A stretch of DNA of 64,000 bases, taken from positions 1 through 64,000 of the forward strand of contig KZ537983.1 in NCBI GenBank assembly GCA_000934665.2, written 5' to 3'. Numbering within the stretch: the stretch's first letter is position 1; every line of letters starts with the position of its first letter. The notes beneath the pieces were generated by a model. The model worked only from the letters and a program-made list of their open reading frames with translations. It did no database searches and was not told the DNA's origin. A program made the translations under genes and the position numbers. Shown piece by piece: positions 12,701 to 23,779 of this stretch. Source of the stretch: Catajapyx aquilonaris. Its lineage: Eukaryota.

Positions 12701-15700
12701 CAATGATCTCTCCCGACATGAGGCACAGTTTCTTGTTGTCATCCAGTACTGTGTTCATGTTCTCAATCCACACTGCATCTACTGGCCCATCAAATACCAC
12801 CCACTTTCGATCAGGAGTTTGCATTGTGGCATACTCCCTGTAAGCAAGTTTGATTTTAAAATGCGCTTCACATGTCACAAGAAGTCTTAGGTGTTTTTCA
12901 CTGTGAAAAACAAAAAATACCTAAAAGAAGTGGCAACCACTCCATCAGTCCACTCATGTGAAACAGGATCAAACTGTCCATAGAGCTGCCCCATGGTGAT
13001 AGATTTTGGGTTTATAGTCCGGTACAGCACAGGCTCCTCCTCCTCCCCCCATTTATTCAGCAGGGTCAGAGCTTCAGCCAACACCTGCAAGTTGTAATAT
13101 AGCACTCTTTATATATAGCCAAGAAAGCCCGCACTGGTTCACAGTAAACGAATCCTCACAATTTCATGCAAAGAATACAGTACCTGAAGTGTTGCAGTTT
13201 TCCCTCCAAATGGATCCCCAACTAACATGAATCCATGCCTGACAATCATCATCTCATAGGTTTGTATTACTTTGATGGTAAAGGCTTCCACTGCTTGTAG
13301 ATTCTTTTCTTCGCAGACCTAAAACATGGAATTTGAGTACACATGACCTCTTCAATGATCTTCCTCAAAGGTATATAAAGAAACTTAAACATACCTCTTC
13401 AACAGCTCGAAGAAAAGTGGCATAATCAGGCTTGGGCAGTTGAATCCCAGGGAAAAGATCCGAAATTATTCCGTTAAAGAGGGGAACATCATGGGAAAGA
13501 AATTTAGGGAGATTGACATCCATGATGGATCGCAGTAGCAGAATGTCCTCATGCTCTGTTGGGAACTTCAGTTTCAGATTGCCAGCAGCAGCCAGCACAG
13601 CCTTTACAGCTCTCATTCCATAGTCATAGTGACACTGCGATGAGAGCTGCTCTGAGCAGAGTCGATATGTAGTTACTATCTTCACTGACAAGCTACGTGC
13701 ATCTACGAATCCAAATGAGTAGAGAGATATCTCCCCGATCATGGCATAATCAGGCACCATCATTGCTACTGTGCGGAACAGCACCTTCAAAGTATTGTTT
13801 ACATCATTAAATTGTTCATAAAAACAGCCAAAGTGTACACACAAGGACTTTCAAACAATACCTTCAGATTGTCAGGCAATTCAGATCGTCCAGCATATCC
13901 TGGATTCATTGTGATGCATACGTAACATGATGGGTTGAGTCTCAGCTCAGTGCCCTCAAACATAAATGTCTCTGCATTGGCTCTGACTGCACGGACGATG
14001 CACAAAATCTGCTGAGCCACCACAGACAAAACCTCCAGGTCAATGCGATTGAACTCATCAAAGCAGGCCCAGGCACCACATGAAGCCAGCCCTTTGAAAA
14101 ACTTTCCCATGGCAATGTAGTCAAGGCCATCAGAGCAGTTGAACACAACACACTGCACTGCAAGAGCCTTTGCTAAATCCTTAGTTGTCTCCGTCTTCCC
14201 TGTACCAGCTGTTGGCATATACAAAATTTGAGTTAAACATATTGTGTATCTTGTGAAGTCACTGGTTGACATTATGTATGACAAGAGAAATAATCAACAA
14301 TGTCCCACACCTGGCCCTTCTGGAGCCCCATTGAGATGCAAGTGATAGGCCCCTACTAATGTCCGGTAACAGCGGTCAGTCAGTGGTGTGATGACCAGCC
14401 TGGGAGAATTTCCCAGGTATTCATAAGCATAGCGCACCGTGGCATTAGTGATTCTCACCAACACATTCTCCTCTTCCCAGTAATACCTGTTTTTTAAAAA
14501 CATTGCAAACTGAATGGTGACATACAAGTGATCTGCATAATAAGAGACCTTAGCTGTGCCAGCCACTGGAAGTCATTTTCTGTTCGTACACCCATGTTGG
14601 CCATATCCAGAACCACATCCTTTGCATGGACATCTATGACCACAAGGGCTCCCAGGGTGGTGCGGGCTTGTTTGGACAATTTACCTCGGACAAGGGCGAT
14701 TACTTCATTCAGCTGTGCCTGTGGCATAGGAGTGAAAATTACTTTCGTGGATTAGTCATACTAGCCTACAACTGCAGCATCAAAATTGTATCCCCAATGG
14801 TGCATGCTTAAGCCTGTCACAGTTGTAACAAAATGATCATTACTAACCACCAGCTTTTCATGGTAATCCCTCAGTCCGTCAGTCCCACCCTTGAAGGCTT
14901 CATGTACCTCAAGAGTCCAGTAGACTTGTGACCCACAGAGGACGACCTGCCCAGGCCATTCCACTACCCATGTTTCCCTCGGCACCCTCTGGTACGAATC
15001 AAGGGAGGCCTCTACAACATCTCGGATGGAAGCCAACATCACCTGCTCCACCTGCAGAAGCCATCTCTCCACACTGCCCTTTGCATCTGCAGTGGACACC
15101 TCCCAGCTGAAGGATACTTCTTCCCCCTCTGAGCTCAACATTCCTAGTATATTCATCTGAGAGTCAAATTGCAGCTTGGCAATGCCCTCAAAGCACTTCT
15201 TTAGGTGAGGCTGTACACGCAACGGGTCCTTCGTTTCGGATAGGATCTCCAGCATCTCATCATTCGACAAGAAGAAGAATCTGGAACATCAAAATAATAT
15301 TGCATCTTGCAAAAATGATATGATATAGCATAATTATAGAGATAGATTTTGAAACAAAGCTATTTAAATAGTTTGTATTTTAGTGCAAAAGCTCTTCACA
15401 ATTCAGTGTGTGAAAGGACTTCAAAAAAGTCAGTTTGTTTCACTAATGCTACATTTTAACTTACTAACCTTGGGAAGAAGAGCCTCTTCCTTTCTAGATA
15501 AGCATTGAGCCCCTTGTTGATCTTGTCCAACATTGAGTTGCATTCTATCATCTTTTCCAGCATGCCTTCCCCTCCAGCAGTGCTCAATACATCAGGGTCT
15601 TTTGCCACCACTCCCATGGTTTGTTTCCAGGTTCGATCCACCTGCTTGAACAACTTTGTCTCCTCAGGCATCTGAGCCATGATGTCTTCTGAAGAAAAGA

Positions 15701-18700
15701 TGGGTTCCAGGTACAACCATTGGGCCTGCACCTTCAGCCACTCATCCAGGACTTCCTGGACACGTGTCAGGAGATGTTCCCATTCTATGATCTCCTCTAA
15801 AATTCACAAAATGAAAAAGACTCACACACAGTTCATATACAATCAACTCAGCCAAAGAAATTAGTCACTGTAAGCTTACTCTCAAATGGTTTTATAAATG
15901 GTGATCCCCTCATTGTCTGCGTTTTCACAATGTGATCATCAAGAACCGTCTGTATGTCATCTACCGATGCAAGAATGGATATTCCAGTGTCCCTGAAAGA
16001 ACAAAACAGTGGTAAAATTTGTTTTACAGCATAGCTCATACATAGCTGATAATCCTGCAACCAAGTGCAGTGCACACATTAAAAGCATCACCCAGTGTAA
16101 CGCCAAATGTTGCCTGCATTCACTGCTTACCTGTATTGGGTAATGTTCAATTTCATTCCTTCCCACTCGCCCATCATCTTTTGCAATGCCTTCTCCAAGT
16201 TGTACTCCTTTGATGCTCCAGTACTAATAATCTCAAACCTGTGCAACAATGCTTGATGTTAGTTGGTGTCTGACAATAGTGACTAAGGCTAAAGGTGTGT
16301 TCACAAGCTTACGAAAATCTGTCACATCATGATGGAGAAGCCAATTCCTACTCATGCTAAAATGTCTCAAATTGACTGAAAAGCACTGCTTCTCATAAGC
16401 TTGGGAACACTCCTTAAGGGCTTGGATTGTTTAAACCACTTCTAGGGGGACAGTTATCATCTCGCCTGCCAATTCTGCAGGGTGTGGCACAGGAAGATCC
16501 CATATAGGAATGCGCACTAACAATAAGAGCAGTTTATACAACCATCTCCTAAATGTCCCAAGAACTCACTTTTCCAGGTATGGCTCTAGATGCATTTGAA
16601 GAAGCTTGTGCAGATTAGTACCCTGATCAGGCATCAGGTCCAGACCAGCCACTTCAGACATTTCCTGCCAATGCCTCACCCTCAGGCCAGGGTTACACAT
16701 GATACCAATGAAAGAAATGTATTCCTAAAAACAAGGGCATGTCATAATTACAACACCTCAAGCAACAATGCAACTTGTTACCTTAAAGTGCCTTATTGAA
16801 TTGATTTGGCGAGTGATAATCTGCAGTGGGCGAGGCAGCTTGTCAATTTTATTATCGTCAAAAACCATCTTTGGGACTTGTGTCTTCTTTCCTGATTCAT
16901 CTGTGTGTGTTTGTGGCTTATTCAGGGTTTGTTTCAGGGTCTTCTGAATTTTGACCATATCTCTGTCAAATCATAATGAAATGTTCACACAGCCTTGAAG
17001 TTGCATTATAGCAAGGAACAAACCGTAGCATGTCATCAAGCTGACTCTCTACAACTTCCACGTCAATTTCACTCAAGTGTCCAGTCATCCACTTCTTGTG
17101 ATACCTGTCCCACAGGATACACATGTTATACATCTTTCCAAATGGCTCAATGTATGTCTGAAATAGCATGAAAGGTTGTGTAATCATTGTTAGGCAAAAA
17201 TACACTACAAAAAGTTGATGTGTGACATACTGATATGTCACCCAGGCTCGGAAATGAGCTGAGAGGAAACTTGAGCAGGCCCTCCTCATTATTAATCCAG
17301 TCCAGAGTTTCGTCAATCTCCTTCACTCTCTTCACCAGATATCGGTAATCCTGAAAAGACAAATGTACTCTTGGTAATGTTTCCAAGTCACTTGAAAGAT
17401 GAAAAAAAAAAAAATCAACAAAAAGAGATCACTTGCCCATCGGTATTCACGGATTTTTTCCAAATCGTCCTTTCCATAATTTTCTAATGCACGAGCTCTT
17501 TTTGCTAGCTTTTCAATGTCAGTTTGTATTGAATCAATAGTACTAGTCAGACGATCTTCAAACTTCAACTTCGTCATTTCTAGTTCCTATTCATAGATTA
17601 AATAAAATGTATTAGATGTATCAAATGTGGAAAATTTCACAAAGCCAATTATCACAAACATACTACACACTACATATCACAAACATAACAACAGTACCGG
17701 TACCTTCAATATTCTTGGTTTTTCGTCATCCTTTCAATATTTGAAAGCATGTAACATGGTTCAAATTAATAAAGGTTACAGTAGTCCAATAACACATTAA
17801 CAATGCTCAAAATTCACAACAATGTAATACGAGTAAATGCTCATTCAATAGACCTCAAATCACATGCGCACCTCAGTGAGTTAATGAAATTAAATAAAAG
17901 CATAGTCTACAGACTGTGCAATGGTTTTCACAACAAACCCTGACATGTGCTAATATAATATTATGAAGCAGCTTCGACAGCAACCACCCCTCCTTCCCGG
18001 TAAAAATATTTAAAAATGAAAATAATTGAGTGTATAACCGCAAATGGCATGCAGTAAAGAGAAAAGTGAGTTCATGACATGTATCTTTCTCTAAACACAT
18101 TAAAGCAATCTTACCACACTGGCTTTGTCTATGAGAGGATAAATCTTCTTGGGCCAAAGCAAAGTAGTTGTATTCAGCTCGTAGTCTGAATCTTCCATTA
18201 AGCACAGCTCAAGAATGTAGAGAAGAGCCTTGTGCTGCTCCTTCACTTGCTCCATCAGCCTTGGCATTGCTACTCCCCTGATTTTTTCAAAATATTCAGT
18301 CAGTTCTATAACCTCTGCAGTGTTCTGACCTATTCTCTCGGACTGACGTTGTATCTCCTCAAATTCACCGCAAATCCTGAAATTGTGACATGTAACCAAA
18401 ATGAGTACAAACAAATAATGGTCATGCTTTACACATGCAAAGAACCTATCAACATTTGAATGACTTTCTTACGATAGGTTCATGTCTCGGTGAGTAGACT
18501 GCATGTATTGGACAAGTTTTCGTAGGTTGCTATGAGACACTTCCAACAAGACTCTCTTAAATTCTTCATAAGATAAGCTGAAAAATTAACAGTTACCAAA
18601 TATTTTTCTTTAGAAACTTGCATATCAGCACACACTGACACAGTATAATATATTCAGACTCAGAACAGCTTGAACTCACAATGGGGAAAAGTGACTGTCA

Positions 18701-21700
18701 CAAACATCAATAATGTACAGTAAAACTTATATAAGTCGAACTTCCCTAAGTTGAAGTTCTCTATAAGTCTAAGAAAATGATGAGCTTGGTTGGTCACAAT
18801 GTAAAATAATAGGAAATAAACTTCCCTAACTCGAATTTCTATAACTAGAAGTGCTCCATAACTCGAAGTGCAGGCAGGGCCTTACGATGGGATATCAATG
18901 CATTTTCAGTCTCCCTAAGTCCAAGTTCATGTTGGCGAGTATGGAAAATTTTCTCATTTCCCAGCCGAAGGGTAGGGAGTAGGCCACATGTACAGAAAGG
19001 CTCAATTTCCTGATCTCCGTCTACCAGACGTAGCCAAAGAAGTGTTTGACTCTGTTGAGACAATTGAATCCTTGAATTTAAGAGTAGCCAAATGTCCATA
19101 ACTGAGATTTTTTTTACAACAAAACAATGAGAAACATTGTAAGTGTGATAGTGACAGTTATTTTTGAGTTTTGAACACCTTTCGTCGCTGGATATAAAGG
19201 TAGGCTTCGTTATAAAGTTATGTGCTTAAATAATTGCAAGCTTCTCTAACTCGAATCTTCTATAACTGGAAGTTTTTTCCCGGCCCCATGGAGATTCGAC
19301 TTATAGAAGTTTTACTGTAATGAAATGATTGTTATGTAAACACTATTCTAAGGCTCAATACATCATACTTGTATCACATATAACTTCATCTTAACTTTCA
19401 TCAAAATTATCTACCTAATCAATGCAAACTGCTCAAACTCCAGAATTTCATGAACAGCATTGATGGCTTCTCGGATATTTTCTGCCATGTGACGACAATC
19501 CTCCAAAGATGGAGTTCCATCCATGAGATTATTCACATCAGCAGCCATTTCACCATTAACTATGTACTTATGCTGCTCCACTAAAATTGAAAAAATTTAC
19601 TTGATTCCTTAAGCAACTATGATTTACCACAAATTACTACTTTTAAAAAATTACAATTTCGGGAAATTATATTATTCATTTCAAACATGTATGTGTCAAT
19701 AGTGAAAAGAGGTGCAATTTCATTTCCAAAAGAAAATTAATGTGAATGTCCTTTAAGGAAATCATTAAAAAATAAATAAAAATAGTTATTACCTCTGGTG
19801 TTCCCGCAAAAATAATGGCCGAGATCATAGACTTACATTTCACATTTTTTTATAAATTATAAAAATGCTGTATCTACAGCTGTATACACACAGTTAAGAA
19901 TACAGAGTCCACTTGACCTTGACGAAGTAAGTGTGCCACAGGGAGTAGAACAGAAGTGGCTAGCACAGTTCACAATATAAATGTAAGTAATACTTCAAAT
20001 CGTTTCAAATGCAATGAAACAAGAAATGTGTAAATTCAGAGTATACTCGAGACCTATCTTGCTTACATCGCACGTATGCTTACATCTGACAATAAGTAGT
20101 GTACAGCTATGAGTGCATTAGAAATATGGTATAGACTCTATAGATGGTCCAAAACATTCAAATATGTTATTAAAATCATGTCTTTGAATATCTGACCCTG
20201 CCTAGGGGTGCCTGTGGATGGGTAGTGTCCACGGACATGACATTCACGGACGTGACAAACTCTGTTTATTCCACGTACAACGTGGTAAGTTTAGGTTACA
20301 AACTTTTAGTTCAAATGAGCAAGCTCTTTGTACCTAACAGCACACGTTCTTGAGCAAATATTGAAATGAAGTGCTTACCTACATTTACCGGGTGCCTCAT
20401 ATGTGACGCACTGATCTCGACACTTCACTAAATCTGATGTTTAGAACAGAATTACACGCCTTCAAGCAACCAACCCAACAGGTTTTTGATTCAGCTTCTC
20501 AATATCAGCAAGCAAAAAGACAAAAATCCCGCACATTGCTGCTTCCTGAATGATTTTATAACAGTTTTTGTTTTTGTCCATGGACGTGACAAGAAACCTT
20601 GGGACAAAATTACTCTTGCAATAAAATCGATGCAATTTGGAACTTCAGGACAAAGAATGCACTAGCCTTTACCTTCAGTATTCCTTTCTCCATTACTCTA
20701 ATATAAAAAGTGAAATAACATCTTATGCCTTGCATAAAAATTGACAAACTATGAAAGTGAAGGTTGGGACAAGCCACGTGACATGTCATGCTCTGTGACC
20801 TAAAGAAAAATATGAAAGAATTTTCTCATTACATGTTTGTCATGTGCCCCGTATTCCGCAAGTTGCAATCTTATTTCTTTGCATGTTATCTGGATTTCAG
20901 ATGTTATATTAAGTCCAGAAATTTGCTGGGACATGAAATTGCAGGTTTTTTCACTATTTACCCATATAAGGCAAGTAGCTTGTTGGCAGTGCTCCACTGT
21001 TGACCCCCAGAGATGAATTTATTTAGTTTCTCTTCATTGGCAGCCTTTTAAAAAATCCAATAGGTCAGACACATCCCTAATTACTTTTTTACCTGTTAGT
21101 GCAAAGTGTTCAGTAGGCATTATTAGCCATTGACGTAGCGATTCTTGCAAACCAGGGACTATCGTTGCTACAAAGTTTGGATGAACATAGGCTGGAAAGA
21201 ACTGCCCTGCACTGCCGCGAATTATCCATGAAGTTAGTGAAGGAACTGACTGCATGCCTTGAGCCAACTGTGAAGTTTAAAGAGTCTGTGTCACCAAAGT
21301 TCACAAAATGATTCCATGTGACACAACATCATACTGCTTACCACATCTTTGATCATTATGGTAGAAAGTTCTTCAACCACCATGTCTGGGTGAGGATAAA
21401 TCTGAGCTCTTCCATCCTCCATAATGGCATTAACTGTTATTTTGGGCAGGTAGCGAATGTCACTCATGGCGGCTGCGTATTCTGTCACCGTCCTTTGCAG
21501 CATGGCTTCAAACTGCAAGAATAATTTCATCAAGAAACATCAATGTTATTTTACAAATTATTCTCTAACATATAAAATGCCTTTCTTAACAGATACATTC
21601 ACCATGTGTTACCATTCACAGCAGTGTAGCTACAAGCAACTTACCTCGATAGTAACCAAACCAGCCACTGCCGGAAAAAGGAATTCAAGGTGGCCAGATT

Positions 21701-23350
21701 TCATTCCCTTCTTCAGCCACAGATGTCTGTGTCGGTCCTCTGTAATATAATTATCCGACACTTAAACATGCTGATGAGTCACAGAGGATTTTAGTAAAGA
21801 ATACAACCTGCGATGTATTGCTGAGACGATGAAAAAATTGTGAGGAATTCTGGAAACCACTTCTGCTTAATTTTTGACTCATTTCTGTCCATTTCATTCC
21901 TAATTTCCTCACTAAATTGCATAATTGTCAGAAAAGGCAGTGTACTGAAATATTAAAAACATTAATTAATCAATTACATTAGTATTAGGAGTTTCAACCA
22001 TTTTGGAGGTAAGTGTCCACTCCAGAGGACTTGTCCATTCCACCTAAGACACTACAAACAGTAGCATTAAAATATTAGACTTACCAAAAAAACTTGTGAC
22101 TTAATAGGTTAGCTTGAAAAAGAAGGGCCTTGTTCAGAGTACATGCTCTGCGCACGCAAGGATGCAGAATTATAAGGCCACTTGTTAAGTTACGTTTGTT
22201 CTGCACAAATTCTCCATGCCATGGAGCAAGTTGTTCGTACCTACAAAGTGAGTCAAGCCAATCATTGAAAAATAAACACCACACATGAAATAAGTCGCAT
22301 TTCTTACAGAGGTGGTTTCTCATATTGACCTAAACGATATGAGTCATCATAGGGAATGATGCGGAGGTTGACAGTTGATTCGTGAACATTGGCATCATAT
22401 TCCACCATGACTTGATCAATCAACTCAGCAACCAAATCTTTGTATTTTACTTGCAGCATTCCAGGTAACAGCTGTAACATCCAAAATGGAGGTAAGTGCA
22501 TTGCAGCAATGTAACACCTTGCACAACATATAGTGTGACTTACAGTCACTATGTTGGACAACCACTCTCTCGATATGCCAGGAATAGGAGCCAATCGAAC
22601 CGAGTTCCTCAGGAATTCAATGTGGTGGTCCACTGGGTAATTAGGCTCGTATGACATTCCCGTTGGTATATCCCTCTCCCTGTCCAAAAGCTTGCGCATC
22701 CTAATTTTGGATTTCCATGCTCTTTCCTCTCTGATGGTAAATAAATTAGATTACAAACTATGGACAACTCAACCACGGAAAATGCAATACTTACATAAGG
22801 GAATCAACTTTCTTACTGACTTCCCTCTGAAGTTTGAATCCCACCAGAGGATACTTTTCCATATGTTTAGACACAGCATAGTACTTGTCAGGACATGGTA
22901 TTTTGAGAGGCTGTGAGACTCTTTTTGCATTGGTATTTTTCAAGATTTTCTCACTTGCTCTTTTCTTCTTCTGTTCCTCATATCTCCGCAGCAAAGCACT
23001 AGACTTGCTCTCACTGGAATAAACGTACAATAAATGTAGCTAGAACTGTAATTATAATCACTGAAGAAATTCTACAGTTTCCAGTAGAATTTTGGACTGC
23101 ATACTGTAAAAAAATATTTTTTTACAAATGTGTATAACATCATAAGGGGTACAATACAGTTAAAGCCAGAACATTAGTATAATCACGAATTTTTAGTATG
23201 ATTTTGTGCGTTAAATAACTAGATATAAATTAAAATAAATTAACTAACTTACACAACTGCCGTAATAGTGCGATCTGCTCGTAAAGCATCACCTGATGTC
23301 CTGGCCGCATCTCGCGGCCTGGTGCTACTACTCTTGCGCACAGAAGCCAT
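728..23350 (-). CDS. Axonemal inner-arm dynein heavy chain, single-headed class (DNAH12-like; DNAH3/7/12 group), about 50 introns
   Basis: Exons join in frame at GT/GC-AG sites from ATG 23350 (MASVRKSS...) to TGA 728. All four P-loops are intact: AAA1 GPAGTGKT, AAA2 [11 protein letters not shown]3 [11 protein letters not shown]4 GVGGSGRQS. Also [24 protein letters not shown], the stalk coiled coil/[21 protein letters not shown] and [14 protein letters not shown]-terminus [15 protein letters not shown] is closest to DNAH12 as recalled; the paralogue call needs a tree. Confidence 0.95.
5363..5485. mobile_element. Degenerate pogo/Tigger-type MITE in a dynein intron
   Basis: TA|CAGTAAACCT ... 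AGGTTTCACTG imperfect terminal inverted repeats; the right TA is degraded. Confidence 0.45.
6321..6490 (-). mobile_element. 5'-truncated non-LTR retroelement (RTE-like) with (TTG)n tail
   Basis: Perfect 15-bp direct repeat CCCTTGGAATACAAC at 6306-6320 and 6491-6505; (CAA)n run at the left end; 3' sequence shared with the copy at 36168-36228. Confidence 0.75.
6812..6935. mobile_element. pogo/Tigger-type MITE
   Basis: TA|CAGTAAAACCCT ... AGGGTTGTACTG|TA: TIRs with TA on both sides. Confidence 0.65.
7781..8385 (-). mobile_element. Internally deleted/rearranged mariner element
   Basis: ~105-bp imperfect inverted repeats (7781-7887 vs 8281-8385) bounded by TA. The minus strand from 8093 reads [26 protein letters not shown], a decayed mariner HPPYSPDLAPSDFHLF motif, followed by ...PKNWFLEGL. 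Confidence 0.8.
16293..16414. mobile_element. PIF/Harbinger-type MITE
   Basis: TAA|AGGTGTGTTCACAAGCTTA ... TAAGCTTGGGAACACTCCT|TAA: 3-bp TAA duplication with imperfect TIRs. Confidence 0.65.
18718..19317. mobile_element. 600-bp pogo/Tigger-type non-autonomous DNA transposon
   Basis: TA|CAGTAAAACTTATATAAGTCGAA ... TTCGACTTATAGAAGTTTTACTG|TA (23-bp TIR, 1 mismatch), plus subterminal repeats resembling TAACTCGAA. Confidence 0.85.
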
Positions 23351-23779
23351 GGTTCACCTGGACTTCTATGTGTACACACTGCAACAGTTAGTAAAAAAAC
23401 CGTGTATTAAACGGCAAGTAAATCAAATCCACAGATCTTCAAAATTCTGTAGACATAATGTAAACCAATCGGAATGTCGGCCATCTTTTGTTGACAAAAT
23501 TGGCGCGCTCAATATCGCAAAAACCAGGTTAGCCAATCACGGTCGCCTAGCAATCTGACACGGGTTTCCGTGCCCACGGGGTTAACAGTACAGTACGTAC
23601 CTCTCCGAACGACTTCACTGGCGGATCGGATCGTGGTTAATATATTTTTTGTTAGAGAAATTTTTCTTTGACCATAAGGTGAGTGCTGGTCATTTTTTGA
23701 TATTTTGGAGCATATTATCCACAAAAAAACGGTCAAACGTGTCACTTTTGATTGTACAGAGCGCGCAGTATAAGTAACT
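23351..23779. promoter_or_regulatory. Bidirectional promoter between the dynein and IQUB genes, with an RFX X-box-like site
   Basis: Divergent ATGs at 23350 and 23780. GTCGCCTAGCAAT (23542-23554) is 11/13 to X-box GTTGCCTAGCAAC. CCAAT at 23465 and 23533; forkhead-like TGTTGAC (GTCAACA) at 23489-23495. Confidence 0.6.

Noticed and set aside
17704..17730. Possible 27-nt dynein micro-exon (minus strand AG|GATGAC...[17 protein letters not shown])
   Set aside because: The flanking exons already join at a length matching the dynein family as recalled, and the acceptor lacks a pyrimidine tract; it needs RNA evidence.
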